NCBI GenBank assembly: GCA_963737265.1
Contig: CAVTRY010000013.1
Span: forward strand, 230,933-294,932
Source: an uncultured delta proteobacterium
Lineage (GTDB): Bacteria; Myxococcota_A; Polyangia; Fen-1088
Length of the DNA: 64,000 nucleotides
Reading direction: 5' to 3'
In this document: in pieces, positions 39,037 to 49,300 of the stretch
How the letters are laid out: each line of letters opens with the position of its first letter
How positions within the stretch are numbered: the first letter of the stretch is position 1
Notes under the pieces: generated by a model
What the model saw: only the letters and a program-made list of their open reading frames with translations
The model's database searches: none
Told to the model about the DNA's origin: nothing
Position numbers and translations under genes: made by a program

Positions 39037-39330
39037 TCAAAAATCTTCAAGACGGGTCCATTTATGGACACGTCTTGAGGAGACCTGCGCTTTTCCCTTT
39101 GGTGCTGCGGGCTGGGGCGTGCTTTTAGGAGGGGCACCACTTGCGCCCAGTTCACGCTTTTGGCCACGATGCGACTTAGGATTCGAGCCCGTACCTGTCG
39201 CGGATGCCGTCGGCGCGGGGGCAGCTACTTGCGACTGGGCATTCCCAGCCTGGGCAGCGCTCGGCGGGCTGTGAACCATGACGACAAAAATGGGTGCAAG
39301 GAGAACAATCGAGCGACCGATGCTTGACAT
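39037..39330 (-). CDS. hypothetical small secreted protein
   Basis: MSSIGRSIVLLAPIFVVMVHSPPSAAQA is signal-like, followed by a Pro/Ala/Lys-rich tail. Coding support is weak. Confidence 0.3.
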   Translation of the reverse strand: MSSIGRSIVLLAPIFVVMVHSPPSAAQAGNAQSQVAAPAPTASATGTGSNPKSHRGQKRELGASGAPPKSTPQPAAPKGKAQVSSRRVHKWTRLEDF

Positions 39331-39479
39331 TGGATGTCTCCAAACAGTGGCTCCTACTCTTGGAACACGCATGAAACGTGCCTTCCCGGTTTCATTGAAG
39401 CAGTCAGGAAGGCACACGGGATATCGCGGTGGGTGACGGGACGAATTCCCGATCAATCGGGAATCCATCCCGACTCAGG

Positions 39480-39764
39480 CTGGGGTACCTGGTGGTCTTA
39501 ATGCTGACCGGTGCGAAGACCTACTTTGGCCGCACCAAGCAGAGCCTGCGCTTGTTCTGGTGCTACACGTCCCCCCACTGGGCGGGCTGGTTTCTTGACC
39601 GCTGGTCGATAGCTTCCCGAATCGGCAAGTCAGCAAAACCGCCGTGCGCGAACCGCCGCAACGAAGGCCGCTCCCAAGCCGGGCGAACGTTCGTCGTACC
39701 AACGTGCCGCCTCAAAGGCCTCCGCCTCGGCTGGCGGGTTGAAGCGCAGTCGCCTAGCGGCCAC
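39480..39764 (-). pseudogene. ParE/RelE-family toxin remnant
   Basis: The GTG overlaps the antitoxin stop. VAARRLRFNPPAEAEAFEAARWYDERSPGLGAAFVAAV is the typical ParE-like N-terminus. The frame then terminates after 44 codons, and no frame continues the family pattern. Confidence 0.6.
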
Positions 39765-39975
39765 CGAAACGCTGCTCGAGGCGGGAGAAGACTTCCTCGG
39801 CCGGTACGGTTTTCACGCGTCCGGCGTCCACGTCCTGGATCCGTCGCTGGATTTCCGCCTCCCACTCTTCCCCAAGATCCCCGTCAAGGCTGGCCCACAG
39901 TTCGTTGATGACCTCCTCACGTTCCTTGGGGTCGAGCTGAAGAGCAGCGTCCACTATTTCCTTGGCCTGAAGCAT
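39754..39975 (-). CDS. addiction-module antitoxin (TIGR02574-like 'putative addiction module component')
   Basis: MLQAKEIVDAALQLDPKEREEVINELWASLDGD...WEAEIQRRIQDVDAGRVKTVPAEEVF matches the family pattern as I recall it. Confidence 0.7.
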   Translation of the reverse strand: MLQAKEIVDAALQLDPKEREEVINELWASLDGDLGEEWEAEIQRRIQDVDAGRVKTVPAEEVFSRLEQRFGGR

Positions 39976-40329
39976 CGTTTTCTCAATCGTACCACGCTAT
40001 CGCGGGCGATACCGCCATAGGGTTTCAGCGAGAGGGCTGCGCCGCCTGGACGACGCAGCCTTGAGATCCGGCCGTTCGGCGGCTAGCTCGTCTTGGCGAA
40101 GGGGGTTCTTCGTCCGAGAACTCCTACGCCACGGCGCGACACCAGGTCACCGTACCCGCCATCCCAGCCTTGCAGGCCGCGTTTTGCGTGCTCGGAACGG
40201 CCGGCAGCATCTCTGGCATGTCCTGGAACGCGTGTCTTGACCACGGGCCGCAGTCTACGCCATCAGGTCCCCGCGGAGGTCGCCTCGATCAGTTCACCCA
40301 GTCCTCGCCGCTCTCGGGCTCCCCGGCGG

Positions 40330-43300
40330 CTACCCTCTGTCGTCGACCCTCGCCGCGCCGCCGCTGCCCTCGCGCACGCGCGACAGCAGATTTTTCGCCG
40401 GCACCAGTCGGTCGCGGTTCGACAATCCCATCGAAGGTGGCGCGCTGGGACCGTCCGAAAGCGCGGCCATGCCGCGCCGGCCGCGAACTGCATTGTTGAG
40501 GAAAACCTCGAGGCGGCGGTTTTGTCCGCCGCTGCCGTCGTAGAATAAACTGACGATGGGCATGTCCACGTCGGCCGAGAGCCGGCCGGTGATGGCCGTC
40601 GCGACGGTTTCTGGCATACAGCCGAAGGGGGCGCAATTGACCACCATGGCCGCGCCCTGCTGCGCGAACTTGATGGCGCGCCCGACGGACAGCTTGCCCT
40701 CGCCGCCCAAGTAGAAAGGAATGTAGGGCGTGGCCAGCTCCAGGTACTCCTGGAAGGGCGGCTCGTGCCGGTCGTCGAGGAAGGGACTGGCCGCCTTCAT
40801 CAGCTTCTCTTCCCAGTGCTTCATCCAGTGGTAGGTGATGAAGGTGTCCGCCTTTTCCCACGAGAAGATCGTCGACGGGAATTCCTCTTTGAAGTTTTCC
40901 ATCGACGACGTGTAGATGACCCAGTCGGTGATGGGCAGCATCCACGCCTCGCCACCGAAGGTCTCGATGGCGCCGATGACGTCCTCGTTGGCGAAGGTGT
41001 TGTTGCGCACGTAGATTTCGCCCACCACGCCGACGAGTGGCTTGCGCGGCCCGGCGGTTTCAATCGCCGCGATCTTCTCGATGGCGGTGCGCAGGGTCGC
41101 GGCGATGTCGCCATTCGCTTCGATGGTCTTGGCCAAAGCGTCCGCGCCTTCGTTCACCACGCGGTCGGTTTCGCCGATTTTCACTTCGTACGGCCGAACC
41201 TTGCACTGGGCCTTGAGCAGAATGTCCGCGCACGCGATGGCCTTGAATAGCGTGCGGCGCATGATTCCGTCGAGCCCCTGGTAGGCGTTGTTCGAAGCCG
41301 GCGCCAAAATCGCCACCTCGTCGCCCAAGCCTTCGCGGTCGAGGATCTGCCGGTGCAAGACCGTGTACTGACCGAAACGGCACGGGCCCTTGGAGCTCGG
41401 CATGAAGAAGGCGTGCTTGCCACCGCGCGGCTGCTCGCGCAGGGTCTTGAGAAACACGCCCAGGGTCAGCGCGCACGGCAGGCATTCCGAACCGCGGGTC
41501 AGCGAACGGCCGAGCTCGAACGATTCCTTGTTCTCATCGGGCAACATGCGTGCGTCGTAGCCGTGCGAGCGAAAGGCCGCCGCGAACAGGCGCGTGCCGA
41601 AAAGATGCATGGGCGGCAGCCAAATGATCCTGTCACGCATGTCCGACGCCTCGGGGCGCGCGGGCGTGCGCGGACCACGCGGCGGGCGAGGGCGGCGGAG
41701 CACGTCGAAGAAGGCCTCGAGGCGGGTCATGTAGCCCGCGTCGGCGCCGTGCTCGTCGAGCTCCAGCATCAGCAGTGGCCGGTTGCCCATGATCTCCTCG
41801 GCGTAGCTCAGCAGGAAGCTGTCCGGCCCGCACGAGAAGTTGGTGAGATAGACCACGTCCATGGTTTTGCTCTCGGCGGCCATTTCGAGCACCGCCAAGA
41901 TCTTCTGACCGTAGCTCCAGAAGGCGTTGCGATAGCGCTCGCCCAAACGACTCAAGTCGGGCTTGATGAAGTCCATGGGCAGCACGGTGCGGCCGAGATC
42001 CGCGATCTTCTGCGGCAATCCCAAGTTGGCGCCAGCGTCGTAGATATTGTAGGGACGACCGACGAGCAGGATGAGCTTTTCGTCCTTGCTCTCGGCGTCG
42101 GCCATCATCTTCGCGCCTTCTTCGTGACAGCGGCTCTCGAAGGCCGCCTGGGCTTCCAGGCCCGCGTGCCACGCCTTCTTGATCTGGCGCGCCGACCGGC
42201 CGAGCTGTCGCGAAAGTCCGTCGCCAAGCGTCTTGATGATGTCTCGTTCGCGCATGCGCATGTCGACGAGCGGGGTCAGCACGCGCGAGGCATCGATGTG
42301 GTTCATCAGGAGCGCCGTCCGCGAGGCTGCGGCGGTGCCCTGCACATACGGGCACACCGTGGTGCCGGTGGTTTCCTCGTTGGCCGGCGTGTTCTTGACG
42401 TGCGGAACGAAGACGAAATCCACGCCTTCCTGCGTGGCCAGCTTGGCCACATGGCCGAGCGCGAGCTTGGCCGGGAAGCAGAAGTCCGCGCCCGCCATGC
42501 GCGTGCCCATCTCGCGAACCTCGTCGGTGGTCTGGCCCGAAAGCTGGACCTTGTAGCCGAGCGTATTGAAGAAGCGCTGCCACATTGGATAGTAGGTGTA
42601 GGTGATGAGCGACTGGGGAATGCCCACCGTGCGCGCATCGTCCGCGACCTTCACGCCGGCGCCCGATTCGCGCCACAGGCGCTGGCGCAGGCGAAGAGCG
42701 CGGTCGTGCGGACTCTTGCGCACCTTTTGCTCGCCCGGATCGCGACCGCACATGTAGCCCCAAGAGGGCGCGGGCACGTCTTCCACACCTTCGATTTCCG
42801 CAAAGGTGATGCTGCAATCGTTTTGGCACAGCTCGCAGGTTTCCTTGCGCAGGCTCACCTTGCGGCTTTCCAGGTCGAGCCCGTGAAAGCGCGACTTGGT
42901 CACACCCATTTCCGCCATGAACTGGCGGGCCAGACGGGCCACGCCAAACGCGCCCATGACGTGGCAGTAGGGCGAAACCACGACCTCCACGCCAAGGATG
43001 CGCTCGAACGCGGCCACCAGCGCCTTGTTGCGGGCCGTGGCGCCCTGGAACATGATGCGCTTGCGACTGTAGTGGCGGTTGCCCACGACCTTGTTGAGGT
43101 AGTTTTTGGCCACCGCGACCAGCACCGCCGCCAGGGCTTCCTCGCGTGTCGCTCCCCCTTCGATGAAGCGGGCCACATCCTGCTCCATGAAGACGGTGCA
43201 GCGATCGGTGGCGCGCGGAGGCTTCACGCCCAGCACCGCGGCGCCCACGTCGGCGACTTTGTAGCCGAGCTTGTTGGCCTGCTCCTCGATGAATGAACCG

Positions 43301-44649
43301 GTGCCGGCGGCGCACACGTAGTTCATGTTGGCGTCGCGGATGTGGCCATCCACGATGTGCATGTACTTGGCGTCCTGGCCGCCGATTTCGAAGATGGTGT
43401 CGACCGCGGGATCGGTGAACGTCGCGCCGGCTACGTGCGCGCTGATCTCGTTGACGATGGAGTCGGCGCCGATGACCTCGCCGACGATCTTTCGCCCGCT
43501 GCCGGTGGTGGCCACGCCCAGAATCTCGATGCGCGTACCCTTCTTGCGTTCGAGCTCGCGCAGGGCACGGAAGAGCTTCTGCGAGGCGCCGACCGGATCG
43601 CCCGAGGTTTTGCGATAGATGTCGACCTTGAGGTCGTCCTTTTCGTCGATGAGAGCCAGCTTGGTGCTGGTCGAGCCGATGTCGATGCCGAGGTAGACAC
43701 GCAAGATCTGGCCCGCCGGCCACGACACCACGCGAACCTCGTTGTTGTCGGCGTCGACGTACGCCTCGGCGCTGGCGAAACTGGGATAGGTGGACTTTTC
43801 CAGCGTCAGCGGCCAGTCGTGGTACTCGACGTCGTTGCTGGTGGCGATGCGATGAATGGCCTCGCGCGAGGGTAAGTGCTTGGGCACGCTGCCGCGGGTC
43901 GCGGCGCCCATGGCGGCCACCAAATGAGGCTGAGAAGGCGTGCGCAAAAGGCCGGGATAGGCCGCGTCCAGCCAGCGCAAGACCTCGCGGTTCAAGGCCA
44001 CGCCACCGATAATCGCCGTGGGCTTGTCGAGCGGCTTGGCGCGCAGAAGGGTGCCGATAAGGGTGCGGGTCATGCCGCGACACAGGCCCGACCACATCGC
44101 GGCCTTGCTGTAACCTTCCTGCTGACGGTGGATGAGATCGCTCTTGGCGAACACCGAACAGCGAGTGGCGATGGAAGGCGGTTCTGCGACCGATCCCACC
44201 AGGGTCGGGTCGTCGTAGGAAATGCCGAGGCGCGCGGCCTGCTCGTCGAGAAACGAGCCGGTGCCGGCGGCGCACATGGAGTTTGTGGCATAGTTCTGAA
44301 AATGTCCCTGGTCATCGAGCTGCACCAAGGTGACGGAGCCGCCGCCGATGTCGATGATGTTGGTGACGTCGGGAAACTGGGCCAGCACGACCGCGATCTG
44401 ACAGGCTGCGAGATCCTGGCGCGGGACTTCGAAGGACTCGCAGAACCTGGCCGAGTTGGAGCCGCAGAATCCGATTGAATCGCCAGCCTTCACCGACAGT
44501 TCGGCGAGTGCGCTTTCCAAGATTTTGGCGGGCTCGCCGCGATGCCTGGCGTAGAAGGACTTGACGACTTCGCCATCCGCGCCAAGTCTCACCGCCTTGA
44601 GTGACACCGCGCCGATATCGATGCCAATCTTCCCTGGGTTTTCCTTCAT
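40330..44649 (-). CDS. fused acyl-CoA dehydratase activase-related protein (two BcrAD/BadFG ATPase modules plus DUF2229/2-hydroxyacyl-CoA-dehydratase-like region)
   Basis: 1439 aa. Two actin-fold ATPase starts are present (GIDIGAVSLKAV and LGIDIGSTSTKLALID), each with a CAAGTGSF cluster-ligand motif. The long C-terminal region is typical of 'CoA-substrate-specific enzyme activase' giants. Confidence 0.85.
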   Translation of the reverse strand: MKENPGKIGIDIGAVSLKAVRLGADGEVVKSFYARHRGEPAKILESALAELSVKAGDSIGFCGSNSARFCESFEVPRQDLAACQIAVVLAQFPDVTNIIDIGGGSVTLVQLDDQGHFQNYATNSMCAAGTGSFLDEQAARLGISYDDPTLVGSVAEPPSIATRCSVFAKSDLIHRQQEGYSKAAMWSGLCRGMTRTLIGTLLRAKPLDKPTAIIGGVALNREVLRWLDAAYPGLLRTPSQPHLVAAMGAATRGSVPKHLPSREAIHRIATSNDVEYHDWPLTLEKSTYPSFASAEAYVDADNNEVRVVSWPAGQILRVYLGIDIGSTSTKLALIDEKDDLKVDIYRKTSGDPVGASQKLFRALRELERKKGTRIEILGVATTGSGRKIVGEVIGADSIVNEISAHVAGATFTDPAVDTIFEIGGQDAKYMHIVDGHIRDANMNYVCAAGTGSFIEEQANKLGYKVADVGAAVLGVKPPRATDRCTVFMEQDVARFIEGGATREEALAAVLVAVAKNYLNKVVGNRHYSRKRIMFQGATARNKALVAAFERILGVEVVVSPYCHVMGAFGVARLARQFMAEMGVTKSRFHGLDLESRKVSLRKETCELCQNDCSITFAEIEGVEDVPAPSWGYMCGRDPGEQKVRKSPHDRALRLRQRLWRESGAGVKVADDARTVGIPQSLITYTYYPMWQRFFNTLGYKVQLSGQTTDEVREMGTRMAGADFCFPAKLALGHVAKLATQEGVDFVFVPHVKNTPANEETTGTTVCPYVQGTAAASRTALLMNHIDASRVLTPLVDMRMRERDIIKTLGDGLSRQLGRSARQIKKAWHAGLEAQAAFESRCHEEGAKMMADAESKDEKLILLVGRPYNIYDAGANLGLPQKIADLGRTVLPMDFIKPDLSRLGERYRNAFWSYGQKILAVLEMAAESKTMDVVYLTNFSCGPDSFLLSYAEEIMGNRPLLMLELDEHGADAGYMTRLEAFFDVLRRPRPPRGPRTPARPEASDMRDRIIWLPPMHLFGTRLFAAAFRSHGYDARMLPDENKESFELGRSLTRGSECLPCALTLGVFLKTLREQPRGGKHAFFMPSSKGPCRFGQYTVLHRQILDREGLGDEVAILAPASNNAYQGLDGIMRRTLFKAIACADILLKAQCKVRPYEVKIGETDRVVNEGADALAKTIEANGDIAATLRTAIEKIAAIETAGPRKPLVGVVGEIYVRNNTFANEDVIGAIETFGGEAWMLPITDWVIYTSSMENFKEEFPSTIFSWEKADTFITYHWMKHWEEKLMKAASPFLDDRHEPPFQEYLELATPYIPFYLGGEGKLSVGRAIKFAQQGAAMVVNCAPFGCMPETVATAITGRLSADVDMPIVSLFYDGSGGQNRRLEVFLNNAVRGRRGMAALSDGPSAPPSMGLSNRDRLVPAKNLLSRVREGSGGAARVDDRG

Positions 44650-44782
44650 TACTGCCTTTCCCCGGAATCAGATGCAGGTGTCCATCGGTGGGGCCGATGC
44701 CTACCACGGATAGACCGGATTCGCTAACCCGAAGAGCCGACCGGTCCGCCGGACTGCTTTGTTGCTACACTTGCCGCCGCAC

Positions 44783-45634
44783 ATGATCGGCACCTACCCC
44801 AACCTGACCGAGCTGACCCTCGCGGATCGGCCACTGCTCGACCCTTTTTTTCACCAGCTTCGCGACGGGCTGTCGGAACTGACCTTTGCCGGCATCTACT
44901 GTTTTCGCGAAGCGCATGCCTATCGCATCGGCCAACTTGTCGACGGGACCTACATCCTAGCCGGCGCCGACAAGGGCAAGACTTTCTTCGTGTGTCCGTT
45001 CGGTCTGCCGCGCCCCGATATGCTGGCCGGCCTTTTCGCGGTTTTTTCCAGCATGAAGCTGGTCACCGAGACACAGTCCGACCGCCTTCGCGCGGCCGGT
45101 TACGAGGTGACCGAGGATCGCGACAACTTCGACTACCTTTACCACCGCGAAGACCTGGCCAGTCTGTCCGGCCGCGCCCTGCAGAAGAAACGCAATCTGG
45201 TCAATTTCTTCCTCAAGGAAAATGCCTACCAGGCCCATCCGCTGTCCAACGAGCGTTTGGCCGATGCGCTGGCGGTGCTCGAAGCCTGGCGCAGCCACAG
45301 CCGCGATCCGGCGGACTACGCTCCGGCGCGCCAAGCCCTCATCCACGCGGGCGAATTCGGTCTGCGCGGGGCGGTTTACTATGTCGAAGGCGAGCCGGCG
45401 GGCTACACCCTTGGCGAAGAGGTGCGCGACGGCGCGATGTTCGTCGTGCACTACGAAAAGACCATTCCGGACATGAAGGGACTCTACCAGCTCATCAACA
45501 TGGACTTCGCGCGCACCCTGCCGGCCACATGCGTCCTCATCAACCGCGAGCAGGACCTCGGAGATCCCGGGCTGCGCCAGTCCAAGCTGACCTACCGTCC
45601 CCACGCCTTCGTGAAAAAATACCGAGCGCGCTAG
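44783..45634 (+). CDS. DUF2156-domain protein (lysyl-phosphatidylglycerol-synthase C-terminal-domain-like, GNAT-like fold)
   Basis: LSELTFAGIYCFREAHAYRI...KKRNLVNFFLKE...FVVHYEKT...GLYQLINMDFAR resembles the DUF2156 pattern. It is divergent from the activase giant. Start chosen at the ATG at 44783 (a TTG at 44759 is possible). Confidence 0.7.
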   Translation: MIGTYPNLTELTLADRPLLDPFFHQLRDGLSELTFAGIYCFREAHAYRIGQLVDGTYILAGADKGKTFFVCPFGLPRPDMLAGLFAVFSSMKLVTETQSDRLRAAGYEVTEDRDNFDYLYHREDLASLSGRALQKKRNLVNFFLKENAYQAHPLSNERLADALAVLEAWRSHSRDPADYAPARQALIHAGEFGLRGAVYYVEGEPAGYTLGEEVRDGAMFVVHYEKTIPDMKGLYQLINMDFARTLPATCVLINREQDLGDPGLRQSKLTYRPHAFVKKYRAR

Positions 45635-46182
45635 ATCATGAACAACCCGTAGAGCAGGTATCCCAGGCCGCCCGTGCCGAGGGCGGCCGAGGCCGCCCAC
45701 ATGGATTTTCGCTTGGTGATCATGCAAACGGACGCCAGCGCGATGGCGATTTGCAGAGCGGCGATGCCGGTCCCAAGCGGCGGCCCGTGCTTGGCGGCGT
45801 CGTCGCGTTCCGCCTCGTGGCCCTTGGCCATCGCCTGAATCTCGTCCTGCTCTTGTTGGTATTTTTCCACGCGCTTCTTGGCGTCGGCCTGAACGTCGGA
45901 CGTGCCGAGGCGGCTTTCCATCTCAGCCAGCGAACGCTTGATGCCCTTGGCTTGAAAAAACGCCCATTCGTCGGAAGCCTTGGCCTGGCTGAGCAGCACC
46001 TTGCTGCCGTAGCCACCCGACTTTAGGCTGCCGTAGGCCGTGATCACGGCGAGAAACACGATCATCAGGGAAACGTATTTCGTCCACGAGTCGCGCTTTT
46101 CCTTGTCCTTGGCCGCCCGTCGGTCTTCGTGGATAGCTTTGATGAGCGAGCCAATTTCGTCGTGTTGCGATTGATTTTCCAT
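45631..46182 (-). CDS. DUF4337-family membrane protein
   Basis: 183 aa with a coiled N-terminus, a TM segment (YVSLMIVFLAVITAYGSL), SQAKASDEWAFFQAKGIK and a C-terminal TM pair. Confidence 0.65.
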   Translation of the reverse strand: MENQSQHDEIGSLIKAIHEDRRAAKDKEKRDSWTKYVSLMIVFLAVITAYGSLKSGGYGSKVLLSQAKASDEWAFFQAKGIKRSLAEMESRLGTSDVQADAKKRVEKYQQEQDEIQAMAKGHEAERDDAAKHGPPLGTGIAALQIAIALASVCMITKRKSMWAASAALGTGGLGYLLYGLFMI

Positions 46183-46397
46183 GAATTAGCCTCGTCAGGT
46201 GTGCGCGTCACGCCTACAGTGGGGTATACTCCGTCCCCATTGCTGGCGGTCGTCCTGGTTCGTTGCGGGTCTTTGATAGAAGTTTTTGGGCACTTTCCTT
46301 ACGTTGCATGTCACCGCCGGGTAGTGAGGTGTGCAACTTGGTGGTCTCTGGTGTTCCGTGTACGACCAGTTGGCCGTGAAGCTCGAAGGGAGATCGC

Positions 46398-49300
46398 ATG
46401 AACCTATTGCCTGAAGCTCTAGTCGAACGCCTCAAAAATCGCCAGGCGGTTTTGGTGACGGGCCTTGGGTGTTCCGGGTTGGCGGGCTTTCCCGCCTGGC
46501 CCGCGCTGTGTGGGCACCTGGCCGACCGGATCGAGAGCGAAGCCGACAAGCAAGCGGTGTTCGAGCTGCTGCACGCGGGCTCACTTGCCACCGCGACGGC
46601 GCTAGTCCGCGACCTCGTGCCCGAAAAAGCCCTGGTCGAGGTCCTGCGTGATGCGTACCCGATGAGCGCACCGGTCCCCGAAGCTATCCGGGCGGCCGCG
46701 CGCGCGCACTGGCGGGGCATCATCACCACCGCCCTCGATGCGCTGTGGACGTCTGCGCTGGCTGGGGATGCCGAGGTCGCGAATCGCATGGTCTTTGCCG
46801 GCAACGCCGCCGCGCTTGACAGCGGCCGCGGTCGATTCCTCGTCCAGCTTTTCGGACGCACCGATGTACCCGCGTCGCTGTGCCTGGCGCCGTTCGAAGT
46901 CGGCCCCAAGATCGTAGCCACCGGCGCCGCCAAATACCTTGAAAACCTGCACAAGAAGTGGTCGTTCGTCTTCGTCGGCTTCGCGCCGAACGATCCCGAT
47001 CTCAACTTGCTCGCCGGTCGGATCCTGGGCGCCAGCCCGTCCACCAGCCAGCACTTCTTCGTCGCGCACGATTTGCAGCCCATCGACGCCTACCGGGTCA
47101 AAGCCGAATTCGGCTTGGTGCCCGTATCCGTCGCGGGTGGCCTCGAGGATGTCCTCAAGGCTGTCACGCAGGGTTGTGCCCTGGCCGGCGCTAGACCCGC
47201 CGCCGACGACGCCGAGGCGTGGCTTGAGCGACTGACCGCCGATCCCGACGACAGCGAAGCCGACGCGGCACTGGCGCGAGGCTTGGCCAAGTTGCGCGAA
47301 CACAAGGAATGGGAGCGCCTGGTCGGCGTTCTGGTCGGTCGCGCCGAGCACAAGCACGATGCCAAGGATCAGGCCGCCGATCTTCACGCCGCCGGGCTCG
47401 TGCTCGACCAGGAGCTCGCCGCCGCGGATAGAGCCCATCCCGTGCTGATGATGGCCCTGCACTTGACCCCGAACGACGCCGCCCTGTTGGCCGATGCCAA
47501 GCGGGTAGCCGACAAGGCCGGCCAGGCGAGCGAATTCCTGCACGAGCTGCATGAGATCGAAAGAGAGTCCGCCGGTTCGCCGCACTCCGATCCCGTGGCC
47601 CTGGGACTGGCCCGGCTGCTCGCCGAAGATCCCGCCCGGCGCGACGAAGCCGTCACCGCATTTGAGAAGGTGCTCGCCCGCGATCCCAGTCATGCCGAGG
47701 CCCTGGAAGGCCTGGAGGCTATCTGGCGCAAGGCCCAACGCTGGGACGCCCTGCGCGCACTGTACGAGAAGGCCATCGAGCGCGATCCGGCCAACGCGGC
47801 GGTGGCGGAAAAGCTGGAAGACATCTACGAGCGAACCGGCGAGAGCGCCCAGCTCATCGAGCTTTTGCAAGCACGGCTGGCCCGCAATCCCGGCGAAGCC
47901 CGCGGCCACGCCAAGCTCGAGGCCCTGTACGAGAAGACGCAGCGCTGGCAGCCGCTCGGCGCCCTGTATGAACGCCTGCTCGGCAAGAATCCCGGCGACC
48001 TCGACACCCGGACCAAACTTGAAGCGCTGTATAGGAAGACACAGCAGTGGCAGCCGCTCGGCGCTCTGTACGAACGTCTGCTGGCCCAGGCTCCGGACGA
48101 CAGCGAGGTGCTGGACAAGGTGGAAAACCTCTACCGCCAAAGCGAGCAATGGCGGCCACTCGCCGACTTGCTCGAACGCCGCGCGGCCACCAAGACACCG
48201 GCCGAGGCCCGCACCCTGCGTCTCGAGCGCGCCACGATTCTGCTTGAAAAGTTGAAGGACAGCGATGCCGCCCTGGCCGTGGCGAGCTCGTTCCTTGCCA
48301 GCGACGGGGCGGCGGCGGAGGAGATTTTCGCCAAGTGCCTCGACCGCGATCCGGGCAATCCGACTGCGCTGCTGGCACTGGCCGAAAGCGCCCGCGCCAA
48401 GGGCGACTACTTGCGCGCGGCCAAGTTCACCCTCGACAGCGCCGAGCGCACGCAAAACCCACTCGAGCTTGGACGCCTGCTTGCCGACGCCGGCACGCTC
48501 TACCTCGATCGCCTGAACGACGAGGCCAAGGCCGTCGAGCTCTTCGAGCGCGCGTTGGCCGCGGATCCGGAGCAGGCGACCGCCGCCGCGCGACTGCTGT
48601 CGCTGAGCGAAGCTCGCGAAGAATGGGCTGCCGTCGAGCCCTTGCTGGACTTGGTGCTGCGCAAAACCGACGACAGCGATCCGGCGAAGAAAATCGACCT
48701 CTACCAGCGCGTGGCACGTTGCGCGCGCAAGCTCGGTAAATTCGACAAGGCAGTCGCGGCCCTGACCTCGGCCACCAAGCTCGATCTCACATCGCCAAAG
48801 CTGGCACGCGACCTAGCCGATTCGCACTTCGAACGGGGAGCCTGGACCGAGGCACGCGCCGCCTACGAGAACACGCGGCAGGTGCTTGGCGACAACGGAA
48901 CCGCCGCCGAACGGGCTGGCCTGCTCGAACGGCTGGCGAATTGCGCGATCCAGACCGACGACCTCGACGCGGCCTTGCGCTTCTACGAGGAAGCCCTGGC
49001 GCTAGAGCCCGAGAAGCGCGACGTGCTCGAAGAAGATCGTCGACCTGCGCACCGTGCGCGGCGACTGGAAGGAGCTGCTGGCGCTCAAGCGGCGGCTCCT
49101 GCCGCTGGTGGACGACGCGGAGAAAGCGAAAATCGTCGAGGAGATCGGCGATGTGATGCAGGAGAAACTCGACGACTGGCCGGGCGCCATGGATGCGTAT
49201 CGCCAGGCCCTGATCTTCCAGCCCGATCGGCGCCAGACGCTGTATAAGACGCTCGAATACCACACCGTCGAACGCGAGTGGCCCTTGGCCATCGCAACCT

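Noticed and set aside
39445-39464. Perfect 9-bp palindrome ATTCCCGAT-CA-ATCGGGAAT
   Set aside because: It is short and isolated. It could be a terminator for the decayed toxin-antitoxin operon, but there is no T-run and no partner sites, so support is insufficient.
41353-44275. Very long alternative-frame and antisense ORFs (647 aa plus-strand, 880 aa minus-strand) inside the activase giant. Similar ones occur at 46602-48455, 53108-54760, 34292-35491, 20508-21278 and 5086-5805.
   Set aside because: These are typical high-GC shadow ORFs: Arg/Ala/Gly/Pro-rich, with no motifs, and fully overlapped by ORFs with clear family signatures.
46270-46300. Sigma54-type promoter (TGGGCAC...TTGCA) upstream of the SIR2/TPR gene
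   Set aside because: The GG to GC spacing is about 5 nt too long for the -24/-12 consensus.
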